A stretch of 64,000 bases of DNA from Paraphysomonas bandaiensis (GCA_965644295.1 CBFFRP010000271.1:62001-126000), one strand, 5' to 3'. Numbered from the stretch's first letter, positions 1-13,226 are shown. Translations and numbers: made by a program. Notes: generated from the sequence alone by a model not told the origin.

Positions 1-1392
1 ACCATCGTCTGACGAGTACCTGGGGCACCAACGGAAAGTGTAAGGGTTAGCAAAGTGACAAAAAGGAGCGAATGTCTCGGTATAACCATCAGGAGAAGTA
101 ATTTGCAGACGCGCTACATCCCACCCATCACCAAACTGGTCCTCAACAGCAATAACAAGACAATCCCATTCCGTACTCTCCGAGTAGATATCAGTGAGAG
201 GAGAACCTCCCGCACCTTCTTCCTTACCAATGGTGATAATAGTGTGACCTGAGATTGTATTCTCTGTGTAGTATTCTGTTGAAAATGAAGGCTCGATGAA
301 TTGCTGAAGAGACCACATGCCGCCCAAGGTCTCACGCTCATAAATATAAATCTTATTGGCATTGGTGGCCCCGACCACAGCAGTGTTACCTTGAAGGCTT
401 ATCTCTGTGCCGAAAAGGTCGTTCGCAGCAGCTTCTGGAGGATATAGTATCTGATGGAGTGACCACTGGGTAGGCCCGGCCTTTGGCTTGGGCTTAACAC
501 CATATTCAGGAGTGTTAGGGTACTGCACGTACACTGCACCCACAGCACTAAGACCATTATATTCAGCATTCTCAGCAGATAGAAAAATAGTATCTTCTTG
601 CACCTCCATCTCGAAAATGGTGAGGGTGGAATCCCAGAAAGTCTGTGCCTGAGACCAAGTCTTGCCCTCTTTACGAAAGAGGACGGCACCACCCACCCCA
701 CAATTGCTGTAATCAGCTGATGCAATGAGACTGTCTCCGCTAATGCGAACTTTGTTTCCCAGATTATATGTAAAGTCCACTGCACCGTCAGCACAGTCCG
801 ATATTTCCCCACCCTGGTAAGCAGTCAGGACCTGAGTCTGCGTCCACGATTTGGCTGAAGGTGAAGTTGCCTCATATACATACGCCTGACCACTGGGAAG
901 AATCGCAACAGTACAATTCGAGCAGTAGTGACAATTCGGGCATCCCAACACTCCCTGATGGAAGTTTGTACGATCAACATCCACGCTATAACCAAATCTA
1001 TCCGCTTCGTCATCCCATTCACTTGGGGCAGTTAGAGTTTGTTGAACACTCCACTTATTCCATTCTCCCGTATAAATGAAAGCATTGCTCTCAGAAGATA
1101 CCCAGAGCATTTGTCCCGTGACATCGTCTCCAGCCAAGTCGATTACGCGACCAAATCCAGAAGGCTCATTCGTAAGAACCTGTAGTTCTATATGACTATG
1201 GGTACTATCTTCGTATGACGGAGCCAAAAGAGTAACAGTCTCGGAAGCTGTGTCAGAGACAGCCAAGTACTTGGACCATCCTCTATTAAATGTCGAATAA
1301 TCAGTTGGATAGCTATCATCAATATGTTCAATATGAACAAATTCACATGTCGCGGCTGAAACAGCGGCACTGAATACCGCGGCTTTAAGCAT
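1..1392 (-). CDS. Secreted FG-GAP (integrin alpha-like beta-propeller) repeat protein, 3' end beyond the window
   Basis: My manual translation is open from ATG 1392 (MLKAAVFSAAVSAA, signal-like) to base 1, so it is missing from the ORF track. Repeats SGFGRVIDL, DRFGYSVDVD, DLFGTEISLQGNTAVVGA, GAVYV and WSxQQ, then a CLVIAVEDQFGDGW domain. Confidence 0.85.
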   Translation of the reverse strand, partial: MLKAAVFSAAVSAATCEFVHIEHIDDSYPTDYSTFNRGWSKYLAVSDTASETVTLLAPSYEDSTHSHIELQVLTNEPSGFGRVIDLAGDDVTGQMLWVSSESNAFIYTGEWNKWSVQQTLTAPSEWDDEADRFGYSVDVDRTNFHQGVLGCPNCHYCSNCTVAILPSGQAYVYEATSPSAKSWTQTQVLTAYQGGEISDCADGAVDFTYNLGNKVRISGDSLIASADYSNCGVGGAVLFRKEGKTWSQAQTFWDSTLTIFEMEVQEDTIFLSAENAEYNGLSAVGAVYVQYPNTPEYGVKPKPKAGPTQWSLHQILYPPEAAANDLFGTEISLQGNTAVVGATNANKIYIYERETLGGMWSLQQFIEPSFSTEYYTENTISGHTIITIGKEEGAGGSPLTDIYSESTEWDCLVIAVEDQFGDGWDVARLQITSPDGYTETFAPFCHFANPYTFRWCPRYSSDDG

Positions 1393-1646
1393 TGGCTATA
1401 ATTTGTACTTTACTCAATGCTAATAATAATGTGCCACGCAATAAGTATCATATATGAATGTAGTCATCGAGGGCAGCGAGGAGTAGGTTTGGAAGGGGTA
1501 CCCATCACAATATATAAAATTTTTGTTAGGTCCGGGGTGCATAGTGGGTAAAGTTCAATACCATCCATTCAAGATACAAATTTCATGAAATAATTAAAAT
1601 AAATCAGTTATATATATACTATATTATTCGAAGGTATTGTACATAT

Positions 1647-1719
1647 GGTCTGCTGGCGTAATGGATAGCGCGCCACACTTCGGATGTGGAGGTTCTCGGT
1701 TCGAGTCCGAGGTAGATCG
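1647..1719 (+). tRNA. tRNA-Arg (anticodon UCG)
   Basis: Acceptor stem GGTCTGC/GTAGATC, anticodon arm CCACA-CT-TCG-GA-TGTGG, T-loop GGTTCGAGTCC, downstream T-runs (Pol III terminator). Confidence 0.95.
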
Positions 1720-1979
1720 AACTCGTTTTTGTGCTTTTTTTACTGGATGATGTATGTGGTATACAGCAGCTATACGTACGCTTTGTGTTCATACGATCAT
1801 ACTTGTACTCCTCTGCCTCCTTTTTTTAGGTTATCTCACACATCCCAAACCACAGCAAACCTACATCTGGTGTGCAACAGTTACAATTGCACAGATAACA
1901 TTTACCTTCATTGTTGGAGGACCCTGCAAGCTGAAGGAAGTCTGTGAAACTTATCTGATAACTAAGTTATACTCCGATA

Positions 1980-2747
1980 ATGTCTGGTTGTAATTCGAAT
2001 CAGAATAGTTACGTCCTTGCTGCTGGTGGGCGATCTACTTCTCGCGTGCTTGCACCACCAGGTGAGAAGGATTTCGATTATACGTTGCGAAACAAACTGA
2101 ATGTTGTATTATTGAAATTAGGTGGCGCCAGCTCTATATCTTTTGGGACATACAATGAACCCTCTCCTCGAAACAGAATTAGTGTGTCTCCCGTGGATGG
2201 TTCACAGTACAGGAAGAAAGCCAACGGATTCGAACCTGTACCACATCAGCAAGATTATCGACGCAGCCATGATATTGTGTCATCCAGTAGACCGCGTCAA
2301 GAAAGAGGTTCTCACCGTGTGTGTAACAACATGCCAGTTAACCCGGCACAATCTCGTCCTCATATAAATGATTCACTGGACAGCCTCATGATCCAGCCAC
2401 GGTCATTTCCTGGTCATGAATCTCGTATGGAGAAAGACTCGCAGAGACATGTACCTGTGTCAACTGGTATAGAGATTGAGCCCGTCGTATCGACTAGACG
2501 ATGTGGGATGCAGCAGCGGTGGGGACAAGATGAATATGCAGAGATGCTCAAAAACCAAATCGCGACGAAGAAGAGTTTGGATTCATCTGAGGATAATGAA
2601 GGTAGACAGAGGCTACGAAGATCGGTGTTTAAATGTGACGATGGCACAAGACAGAATCAGTTTGATTCCACAACTATTAAACACAGAGGTATTGCTAACC
2701 GCGCACCACCGGGAGGTCACTCGACTTTTTCTATGAAATGGGAATAG
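1980..2747 (+). CDS. PPGG-motif (SPIRAL1/Jupiter/HN1-like) putative microtubule-associated protein; in-frame 60-nt intron 2062-2121
   Basis: Removing GTGAG...TTAG (2062-2121) restores GGRSTSRVLAPPGGASSISFG; a second RAPPGGHSTFS motif lies at the C-terminus. Confidence 0.75.
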   Translation: MSGCNSNQNSYVLAAGGRSTSRVLAPPGEKDFDYTLRNKLNVVLLKLGGASSISFGTYNEPSPRNRISVSPVDGSQYRKKANGFEPVPHQQDYRRSHDIVSSSRPRQERGSHRVCNNMPVNPAQSRPHINDSLDSLMIQPRSFPGHESRMEKDSQRHVPVSTGIEIEPVVSTRRCGMQQRWGQDEYAEMLKNQIATKKSLDSSEDNEGRQRLRRSVFKCDDGTRQNQFDSTTIKHRGIANRAPPGGHSTFSMKWE

Positions 2748-3379
2748 CATTTTCCATGTACTACTCTTTTTATGAGGGGAGTATGTCATGAAGTAATTGA
2801 ATTTCTATGTTCCCTGTAATCTAAAGGATAAATAGTATGCGGAAATAACTTCCGATTCTGTAGACTGCAAGTATGTAGCATGCAGTCCCACCAAGATACA
2901 TGTTTGCTTGTATGTGTATATGACATTGCTTGCTTGTTGAGTTCCTAAGTACTTCAAGTTGTAACATCATTAATTATCCATTCATTTTGTCCTACATTGT
3001 TCGAAGTGGATTGCAATCCTAAGTCAATGCGAATGTAGTGGGAATACTTCTTTAGAATGTAGTATAATAGTAGAATGATATAGAAGTATTTAGTATACCG
3101 AGGATAATCTAGCGCACGATAAATTATACTCTAGGTTTTGAGTGACCACTAGACTTAACTGTACTCCCTAATCATTTCTACGAAACATACATGCTGGCTA
3201 CTAGCGATAAACATCAACAAGCTACCAGCACGTATGTAGGAGGTGGTTGAAAAAAACAGTGGTATGTGATATGTGATATGTGAACATAATGTCACATCGT
3301 CGAGTCGGAAAACATCCTGATAGGTTAACTCACTCTCCTTTCACTTATGGTCGAACTTGATTTTATGAAAGCACAAAGC

Positions 3380-4686
3380 ATATTGTTTTATCCCCATTTT
3401 TTCTCAGAAGAAGCTTTATTTTGACCTGATTTAGGCTCAACAGAACGCTAATATCAGCACAGGTCAAATATAGACATTCTACTTCAATATTCGGTTCAAC
3501 AGAAGCTCACTTCTATCTTAATTATGATATTGACAGTCATATATACGTGAATTCATTATATTACACAATAGTTGAGAAACACAATCATGAGTTAACAATA
3601 TACAAAGCTGATTTTCAAACACTCCAAGTTATCTTCCATCCTTCGTCTGCTGTAAAGATCATAAATGATGACCGTGCAAGCGATATACCTTCATAACTAG
3701 GACCTCAAAACAACTTCAATAATATTTCAGGAGAGTTTAAGTGTCATATCTGATGCTGTATAGGTTAAGGGCAGCGGCATCCAGTTCTTTCAGGGTTTCG
3801 GTCACACACTGTGCTTATGAGGATATTGTGTGCCTCATATCATACACATACCATTCAATCAGTCATTATCACACTTATGTACGAATTTCAACACCTCGCA
3901 GTTGCTATTCCCTCAGTATTCTTCTGTGGGAAGAGTACATTTATTGTAGCTATTATATCTAGAAATATAAGGGTTTATTGTTTGAGTTGATGTACAGTGC
4001 AATTGCTATTCCGTAAGCATACACAGTATACATACCATTGAATTGAAACAATATGACTTCTTCTCATTTGTTTTCTTAATGTTAATCAGGAAACACCTAT
4101 TTCTTTCTACAGCAAGCAAGCTATTAATAACTACAGATATACAATCTATAATATTATATTTTCAACATCATGAGGATAAAAGCTACAATTTAACCTAAGA
4201 ATAAAAGGAGTATCATCCCTTGTCTAAATTTAAAACTCGGGCTTTTCGCCCTCCACTAGTGAAATGGAGGCAGTTCATATGAAAGTCCATATGGCAGTTA
4301 ATTGTCCGTTCTTATGACAGTCCATATGGCAGTTCATATTATGACGGTTAATTGTTCGTTCATCCGACAGTGAACCGTCATAATATGAACAGAGCTAATA
4401 TCTGAACCACCATATGCACTATAAGCAAATATCTGAACTGCTATATGCACTGCCACATGAACAGGCGCCTTAAAAAATATTTTCATAGCTCTCGAATTCA
4501 CTGTTGGATGTACTGTCATGTGAACCATTCATTTTTGGCGCTTTTCGCGCACTGTCGGATGAACTGTCATATGAACCACACTTTTCAGATTAACTGACAA
4601 AATTCACTGTCGAATGAACTACTTTTATTTCACTAGTGCTCGTTTCAAAATTTTGAGTGCGAGACGATATAGCCTCCTTATTGCCC
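3380..4686. repeat. Dispersed ~1 kb repeat (family R2), copy 1, interrupted by a CACTA MITE
   Basis: Collinear inverted homology with 16478-17490, e.g. tcggttcaacagaagctcacttctatctt and gcctccttattgccc. Confidence 0.85.
4254..4638. mobile_element. Non-autonomous CACTA (En/Spm) MITE, 385 bp
   Basis: TIR CACTAGTGAAAT/ATTTCACTAGTG, 3-bp TSD CTC, subterminal catatggcagtt-type repeats. The empty site (gccctcgtttc) is visible in the paralogous copy near 16520. Confidence 0.9.
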
Positions 4687-4973
4687 ATAAGTCGAGGTAA
4701 TACCAAAACCTGGTAAAGCGATTACACTAGGTTTTTCATATCTAAGTATTGAGTTATTATTTTACTGTAATTTGTATCTGAGAGGTTAAAGATAAATAAA
4801 AAGTCGCAAGTATAGTTGTTGTTAGCAGTATTTGTTGCCTCCATTATGATTTAAATAACTATTGCGATATTAAAATTGAATTTCTCTGAGTGTGTATTCC
4901 AAATAAAGTGCCATCACACGACTGGAGGAAACTGATCTGGACTGTCAATTGTCTCGTATGCTAGACACTAAAA

Positions 4974-6242
4974 TTGGTCTTAACCACACTCATTAAAACC
5001 ACACTTCTACGAAGAAATATATTTACGTCCAAATCAATTAAATTTATTTTATTACTCTACTAAATAGATAGTACTATCAGAGAGTGTGCTTGCATGCACA
5101 TACAAATCGTTTGCTAGTGTTTGACAATAACTAAAGTACTCAAAATCTTCGGAATCGTTATATAACGATATGCGTTAACAGTGTTTTGAATTATACAACC
5201 GAACATAAGTGAACTATGCGTGCCCGCCTCACACAACTCCCATTGCCACTATGCCTTGTTGTATCTATCACAGGCATAAAGCATCTTGTAATAGTCATCA
5301 CACACAGAGAATACATCCATGGTGTCGAGGCCTTGGTTGTCCGTCACGTGTATGCATAACTTAATACTGTGTGTTGCTTCCCATATTTCCTATGAGCGTG
5401 CACAACTATTTGCTTCTTTCTCTTGTTCTACAACCCATTCCATTTTCCCCATATATCTACTCAGCGTGTGGTACAAATTAGCTTTATTCTATCAGACTAC
5501 TAAAGAGCCAACAAGTAATAATCAGACTTTCTTATATCTACTCCGTGTTCCACCAGTCGTGTCAACGCCGGAAATTGCTTTGGATTAACAAACTCCCTCT
5601 AAGGATACTTCTAATCTTCAAGAGGAGATATCTTCAGAGTAACGCTTATATCGAACATTTCGGCAAATTGTATGCCGAACGACGAAATCGTAGGATAATT
5701 TATTCTGAACTCTTTCCGGTATTACTCCAGTAGTGAACGCAGTGGGCGGATCATTTTCTGGACACCAGTAAACACGAATTGTTCGCCATAAATACGAATC
5801 CTAATATCTAGCATCTTGTTTATCTTACTTACAGATAACAGCACAGAGTTCCCTTTGTTGTAAACGATGTGATCAGGATCTATATCTTGTCGTGACAAGT
5901 GCAGGTGAAATGTGCTCAGGAGGGTTGGCCTTCGCAGCTTAAACGTTGGAAATGGTCTGATAATCTGGCAAATGAAACGATTCATGTCTCAAATGAATCC
6001 GCTTCCACTGCTTTTGAAGCTTTTTCCACTCAGCCCTAATTTTGGCTTGTCTATTCGCTCATTTTGTAAGTATAAGAATGAGTCGAATAGAATGAAGTTA
6101 CCTGCACATATTTGCCCTGGGTCACTGGGGTGTTGTCCGCTGCTGTCATATGAATTCACATACTTCGTTTGAGTTGAGTTACATTTTTCCGTACATAACA
6201 ACAGTTCTTTTGTGATGTGACGGTGAGTGTGGTTAAAACCAA
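4974..6242. mobile_element. Possible degenerate TIR element (TTAA-CCACACTCA ends, piggyBac-like) with a broken minus-strand ORF
   Basis: 18/19-nt inverted repeat ttggtcttaaccacactca (4974-4992) and tgagtgtggttaaaaccaa (6224-6242). ORFs 5989-6201 and 5722-5985 are in the same frame, separated by a stop. Confidence 0.35.
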
Positions 6243-7586
6243 ATACATTTGATTATATATATTCAGTAATAAGAAATAGTGTAAAATATTCTATACTTCT
6301 CCACACTCTATGGCTAAGTTTTAAGCTACAAAAACTAATTGTGCCACACAACAGCAAGCACCAACAATATATTAGTTGAAGATGAGATTCCAGCTTGGTC
6401 CTTTCAGCGTTGCACAGCCCAAATAGCTTTCGCAGCGGTAAAATAGTTGAATAGCGTCAAGCAATTAGTTTGTAATTCTAGCTTACTATGCTACTTTCTA
6501 CTGCTAATAATGAAGATACTTTACAGCATGATATATAACGCTACGATCTAGTTTTACTACCACACTGGAACAATTAAAAATATTCATGTCGGCCGCAGTT
6601 ACTTTTACGAAGTAATGTTTGAATAGTTGTGTAGTGTGAACACAATCCGTAATTACACAACCAACGAATAATTTTTTAATACAATATTTTTTCTGTTAAT
6701 CTAGTAGAGTATAAATTTAATATCTACTTGTATATTAAAAATTAAAATCAATGAATCAAGAAAATGTGGCATACAGTTTGATTCTAACAGGGTATCAGGC
6801 GTACTGAAGTATGATTTCCCTCTAGAAACCACCCATGAATTATATATTCACATAGAGCTTAATGTGTGTAGGAATTTAGCCGAACGAATACACATCCGAA
6901 GGTAAGATAAGCCACTGTGCGTTAGATCACACACCGCTGAATTGATACATCAGTCCTATCCACAAAAAGCATTCAGTTACATTTTTCACATTGTCTTACA
7001 ACCACTTCTTTATCATTCTAACCTGGTGGTGTAGGACTTCTTCGTATTCTTCTTGTTTTACTCTTCTTTATTCTGTGACAACTTGAGTGGAATTAAACAT
7101 CCGTCACCTGCAGAATTCAGTCGTCTTTCATCAATTTCCGATGCTAAATCCGCATCTACCAAATATCAACACTCATTGCGTAACAATATGATGAATATTC
7201 TTAATAGTTTATCAATATATGAAGATCAACACTGTTAATTTCTATAGCGTTGGAATACTGTGTATCCCAACTCTGCTTTTCAAAAGTTTCTATTGGACTT
7301 TTTAGCTGTGAATATCCGCATCTGAAAATATGAGGAGATTCGTCTGTACACAACTTCGCTCTAGGAGTAGAGATCTGCTGATGTATACCGGTATACGGTG
7401 GTATACACCAGACAGACAGTATGTCCAGCAAGGAGCACAGTGCAACAGTGCGGTTAATAGACTCCAGCAGCACTGCATAATCGACTTACAATAAATTAAC
7501 TCGATATCTTTATTTGTGATTTATTGAAACGGAGCTTGGTTATCAACATATAGTTTTGTGTGCCTTAAGTGTTATTGGTATCTCTG

Positions 7587-8199
7587 ATGCTTTGTAACTG
7601 TCAACGATCTAGTGGCGTAGTATCTAATGTTCCCGAGTTGGTGAGAGATAAGTTGGAAGCAGTAACGAGAATATATCCTTCAACGAAATACGTTTGTGTT
7701 GTAAATTCGATCGGCGAACTAATGTATGTACCCCTTTATCCACCTAACGTGACCTTTACTATCGTCATAATAGTGCCGCTCTATTGGTAGAGGAGACTCC
7801 ATCTGCTGAAGTTCTAGCCGCTATATCAGCACTCAAGAGGTCTGCCATACAATTTGGTAATGTTAATCAATCCGTGGATACTCGTCCTGATATATCAGTA
7901 TAACGTATAGCATCAACACTGGATCAAGAGGACTGTCCTGTAATGCACTTAACAGGAGAAACCTACATGTTTTCACTTTATGAAGTTGGGGAATTTGTGA
8001 GTCTGTATTATTAAATTAGTGACAATTTAATATTATATTACAGCTACTTGCGTTTTACACGGAGATATCTGGGAGCGCGTTTACAACACTAGATTTAAGT
8101 GATGCTGATTCGCGCGAAATATTGGAGATAGTAGCAGACCTTCGATTGATGTTACAAAATGTAGTAATACACAGTGATAATCCCAGCAATAAAATGTAG
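7587..8199 (+). CDS. Roadblock/LC7 (MglB/LAMTOR2-like) domain protein, 4 exons
   Basis: Introns 7724-7773, 7857-7910 and 7997-8043 give ...KYVCVVNSIGELIAALLVEETPSAEVLAAISALKRSAIQFASTLDQEDCPVMHLTGETYMFSLYEVGEFLLAFYT..., matching the roadblock secondary-structure pattern. Confidence 0.7.
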
Positions 8200-8814
8200 T
8201 GATGTAGTGCGACTGTAATACTGTATAGTAATATATTTTTACGTTCTCAGCTACTATTTATCTAATATCTAATATGCACACAGCTATAGCTGTTTACTTC
8301 AGTCGAAGTTATTAGATCGGGCCCACCTTTGAGTTAATTGGGCAGTGTCATTGTTTTTCATTAATACATAATATTTCGTAAAATAATCTATCTTCAAGTC
8401 GAAGACTTTTGACCATGTTAATGTAGCTAAGTGCAATATCATGGTGATTTCTTTCGCTTATATCTGACACAGGTGACTATATGTGCGCAAGTTGAATTCC
8501 CTGAAATGGTATGCATCAGTACTGATATGTTAATGTGATGTACTCAAAGTTGTTCACTAGTTCAAGTCAGTCTGCCTAAATACACCACATTGGAATTGGA
8601 CATACACATGAATTTTGAATTTGACTATATGTATTTTCGCAAACTTATAACAAACCAAAATCAATAAAGAATAAATTGTAATATTTTTTAAACTAGAGAG
8701 TACTTAATAGTGTCGTAAATTTTCAAAGATTATAACGCTATATAAGTAGCATAGCACAGTTTCTAGAAGTTAGAATCAAGTTTCATAGATTTTTTTGTGC
8801 AAACACTTTCAGTC

Positions 8815-8915
8815 GAACGGAAGTGGTCGCACCTTGGTGCTTGCGGCGACGCACAAGCAGCTTTCGTAGAGTTACATATAGTAGGGTATGAGAATTTGTA
8901 CTAGTTAGTTCCAGG
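8815..8915 (+). repeat. Fragment of retroposon family R1
   Basis: gaacggaagtggtcgcaccttggtgcttgcggcgacgcacaagcagctt is nearly identical to 44288-44340. Confidence 0.8.
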
Positions 8916-9539
8916 TAGAAGTCTGCTGCTTTCCTTGTATGTATTGCACACCGTATATCATTTAAGCTCATCTATGAACTGATTTACGAGCCCTGAAAAT
9001 AAAAAAATAGCGTAAATGCAGACTATAAAATAATAGTTGCTATACAAGATCTATGAAAAGTAACAATGCTGCGTTTCTTCTATGTCGTATTATACTTACT
9101 ATTGTAGTATTGGTGTATAAATAATATAATAGAGATGTCTTAATCTCTAATTTTTATTTTTAATTAATTCTTTATTTGGTATCAGATGACTCCAAACGTA
9201 CTAATAATGATACTAACGATTCCGACTCCTCAAACCAATCGGATTTGGAGCAACTCCAGCAGTCGTTTGAGATAATTTGTAATCTTTCTATGCTAAAACA
9301 AGGTTACAAAATCGAGTATTCGCTGTCCGTATTAAACACCTTCTATATAAATACTGGCTAGTAAGGTCCAACAACTTCTCCATGCTGAGTATAATAATAT
9401 ATATTATTGTCCTCAATAATTACAACACTGAATAAACCAATCACGGTACCCCTCTATTCCATAGTTCCTTTTGATAGAGTACCAGTATGTGTGTACAATT
9501 TGCTAGCTAACGTTTTACAGAAACGTTCTGAACAAGTCA

Positions 9540-10175
9540 GCATATTATTATGTCAGGAATATCAGCATTCTGTACACTTATAATAATATCCACACACCAT
9601 ATATATATAATATAATATTATATGTTCCTTGGGCTGCTAGTGAACTTTCTTTAGAGAACTAATTTTGACTTACTTTCAATGTGATCGTAATGGCACATCA
9701 CCCTTTAACTACAGGTTGATGTAGACTAGTTTCATATTACCTCTCACTTCTATTGCCGCTTGAAGCTTCAGTTGAAGCTTTTTCTCGATTTTGCAATTTT
9801 AAGCTTTTATACTGTTCAATTGACGAATTGCTGTGTACACTGTTGTAATTGTGTTTATCCTTTAAACCGCTTAAACAATTTAGTGAAATTGATATTTATT
9901 CCATTGAAGTAAAATAACTGAACATTGTAAAAATTTCTCATTACTCTTGTTGAACTTGCTCAATACAGCAATAAGAAATTTGCAGTCATATCTTATGTTA
10001 CAGTCACTAAATATCTGTGTATTGAATATATTTCATAGCACTTCATTGAACTCATATAGTAAGCCTTTAACTAATGTTTTGTCATAGATCAAAGATCTTA
10101 AACCACAGCAATCAATATCTCAACTTTACGCAAAACTTAACCCAGTGATACTTGGTGTATACCATTCGTGTGACA
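9540..10175. repeat. Diverged ~630 bp direct repeat (family R3), copy 1
   Basis: Collinear with 24124-24760 (e.g. tgctagtgaactttctttagagaac, aaaccacagcaatcaatatctcaact). Confidence 0.8.
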
Positions 10176-11580
10176 ATAGAATGAAAACGTGTTTGTTTAA
10201 GAAAATAACTTATTGATATAGTAGTTAAGATAATCAATGTAACAAATTAATGACGGTAAATTAAAATAAATCTTTACCAATGCATAGTTTTAGTTAATCG
10301 AGAATGTGTTGTGTTAAAGTTTAGTTAATTACTTTTAAGTGTTCAGATGCCAAAGTTGATAGCATTAGACACTTAATATGCTGTAAGAATTCAATTTTGA
10401 TTCAAAACTGGGCCTGTTAACCGTTAATGGTAGTCCAGTTCCCGGCAATTATAATGGCCATTAATACCTACTAACTTAAAGTAGATAGCACCACTCATAT
10501 AATAGATAGTTTTGTGCTCCCTTAATTACTAGTTTTAGTTAAACAGCAGACTACAAATTTAAACTACTTCTCGCTCTCTACTGGCACATCAGGATCTTCT
10601 GCAGGGCTTTATGGAGGGTATAAACATCCCACGACATGTAATTGGCTCGTAGGAACAGCAACGATTCTAGCGATATGGATTCATGTTTCTACGCTCAGGT
10701 GTCATAATCAACTTTGCACGACTAAAAAGAGCCTCTCAACAACATTAGATTGTGCTTCAATAATATGAAGCAAGCAGCGGTAGTTGGACTCATAGGTACC
10801 AAGTCGAGCTCTCTTGGTGACCTCGGCGTGTCCAGAACACGCTGTGCAAAATTAGTTCCTTCACTCTCGTCCTCGTTATTTCTGTCGGGTACACCACCCT
10901 CCATGGATGAATCCAGTTGCAAACTGCTCTTCTCTTCTTTCATTGCCTGTCAACTCTCTTTCATCGTTCCCATGAATTTTAGCTACTGCATTTTCTCAAA
11001 ATTTGCACTGGCAACAATGCTTGCATTCGGGGAAAGGTATGGGTGCAGCTTTGAAAATTCTTGTAGTAGCATATCAAATAACTGGCGGGCTTTGGTACAA
11101 AAATGGTTCCATCTCTTCCGAACATACTTATTCTCCACAATATAGAAAATGGTTCGTCGTTCATAACTATCCATTCCAGCCACCGAAATAAGTTCCTTGC
11201 AGCAGGAGATACTTTCTTTCTTACAACAGACAATAAATCGCCCCCGTGAAGTCTTTCACTTCCCAAAATTCTCTCGAGTTCCTCTCGCCAAGAAAAATCC
11301 GCATGTTTGGTGCCCTTCTTGGCTATATGATTCACACAACTCGTGTAACCTCGCTGTATATCTTGTTTATATATTGCACAACGAACAATATGATACAGAG
11401 TACTGAGAGGATTCTCTGAATCCACTCGGAAGAAGACTCTGTAAATTACACTGCCATCAATTTTTCCGGCCATCATCTTTGCTTAATATGCTGGATGGTA
11501 TAAATACAGAGTAGGAATCCTATAATTACTCTCAGCTTTAGGGGAAAAGAGTGTTTTATGAATGTTTCTATAGGTGAAAT

Positions 11581-13226
11581 CAGGGCCTGGTAACCATTAA
11601 TGGCCCATTAATGGTAGTCCAGTTCCCGGCAATTATAATGGCATTAATGAAAAATGTCCCGGCAATTATAATGGCCAGTAATGGCCATTAATGGCCCATT
11701 AATGGTCTTTAATACCTACTAACTTAAAGTAGATAGCACCACTCATATAATAGATAGTGCTGTGATCCCTTAATTACTAATTTTTAGTTAACTAGCAGAC
11801 TGCAATTTTAACTACTTCTCGCTGCTCTCTACTGGCACATCAGGATCTTCTTGCAGGGCTTCATGGATGGTATAAACATCCCACAACATGTAATTGGCTC
11901 GTAGGAATAGCAACGATTCTAGACGATATGGATTCATGTTTCTACGCTCAGGCGTCATAATTAACTTTGCACGACTAAAGAGCCTCTCAACAACATTAGA
12001 TTGTGTTTCGATATGAAGCAAGCAGCGGTAGTTGGACTCATAGGTACCAAGTCGAGCTCTCTTGGTGACCTCGGCGCTGTCCAGAACACGCTGTGCAAAA
12101 TCAGTTCCTTCACTCTCGTCCTCGTTATTTCTGTCGGGTACACCAACCTCCATGGATAAATCCAGTTGCAAATATAATGATCTGACATGCCATCGCATGT
12201 CCACCCATCAAAAACTAGACCAAATTTATCTGGTAACATAATACTCAACTTCCTTTCCACGAGTATATGTGTGCGTTGTAAATATTTCATCACCGTCGTA
12301 ACTGAGATGGGTGCTAAATTGGTGTTCATCCGAATATACTTATTCTCCACGATAGAAAATGGTTCGTCGTTCATAATTATCCATTGCAGCCACCGAAATA
12401 AGTTCCTTGCAGCAGGAGATACTTTCTTTCTTACAAAAGACAATATATCGCCCCCGTGAAGTCTTTCACATCCCAAAATTCTCTCGAGTTCCTCTCGCCA
12501 AGAAAAATCCGCATGCTTGGTGCTCTTGGTTATATGATTAACACAACTAGTGTAACCTCGCTTTATATCCTGTTTAAGGCGATCATTGCACAAAGAACAA
12601 ATATGATACAGAGGATTATCTGAATCCACTCGAAAGAAGACTCTGTAAATTACACTGCCATCAATTTTTTCGGCCATCATCGTTGCTTAATATGGATATA
12701 TATACTGTATGGTATAAATACAGAGTAAAATATTACTTTGCTTAGTTGTGTACTGCTGTAGCTTCTTTTAACTTTGGGGGAAAATAGTATTTTTATGAAT
12801 GTCTAGGTAAAATATGCATATTTTCAATGATTATTTTAGAGTTTTTGGGGTATATGAGTAGGAATTCCTACGTCGCTATATATAGATATTGCTTGCTCAG
12901 GAAACTATTCTCCACATTGAGAAGATGGTGAACAAAGTTGCCACAAAGTGCCTGTAGAGTTGCATGAACATTGTTGTCTAATATTGCTTAGAGTTTCTTC
13001 GGAGTATAGAGGAGATACTATATTCTATTATCTTAAAAACACTCAGTTCTATATATAACAGTACAGATCATTAATGGGATACCATTAATGGCCCATTAAT
13101 GGTAGTCCAGTTACCGGCAATTATAATGGCATTAATGAAAAATGTCCCGGCAATTATAATGGCATTACCATTAATGGCCCATTAATGGCCATTAATGCCA
13201 TTACCATTAATGGTTACCAGGCCCTG
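11581..13226 (-). mobile_element. Internally deleted hAT transposon of the same family, nested in the outer copy
   Basis: Perfect TIR CAGGGCCTGGTAACCATTAATGG, 8-bp TSD GGTGAAAT (11573-11580 and 13227-13234), repeated ccggcaattataatgg subterminal motifs. Confidence 0.95.
11812..12680 (-). pseudogene. Deleted hAT transposase (BED-like zinc finger, DGWT start of the catalytic domain, C-terminal dimerization region)
   Basis: CSLC...H...H, FGLVFDGWT, then a jump to SNVVERLFSRAKLIMTPERRNMNPYRLESLLFLRAN in another frame. Confidence 0.85.

Noticed and set aside
114-1370. Several short ORFs that first suggested a decayed retroelement
   Set aside because: They are off-frame shadows of the continuous FG-GAP reading frame.
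7050-7480. Possible small spliced minus-strand gene
   Set aside because: I could not build a unique exon model or recognise a domain.
11581-11720. Short repeated palindromes (ccattaatgg, ccggcaattataatgg) resembling a CRISPR array
   Set aside because: No regular unique spacers and no cas genes; these are hAT subterminal repeats.
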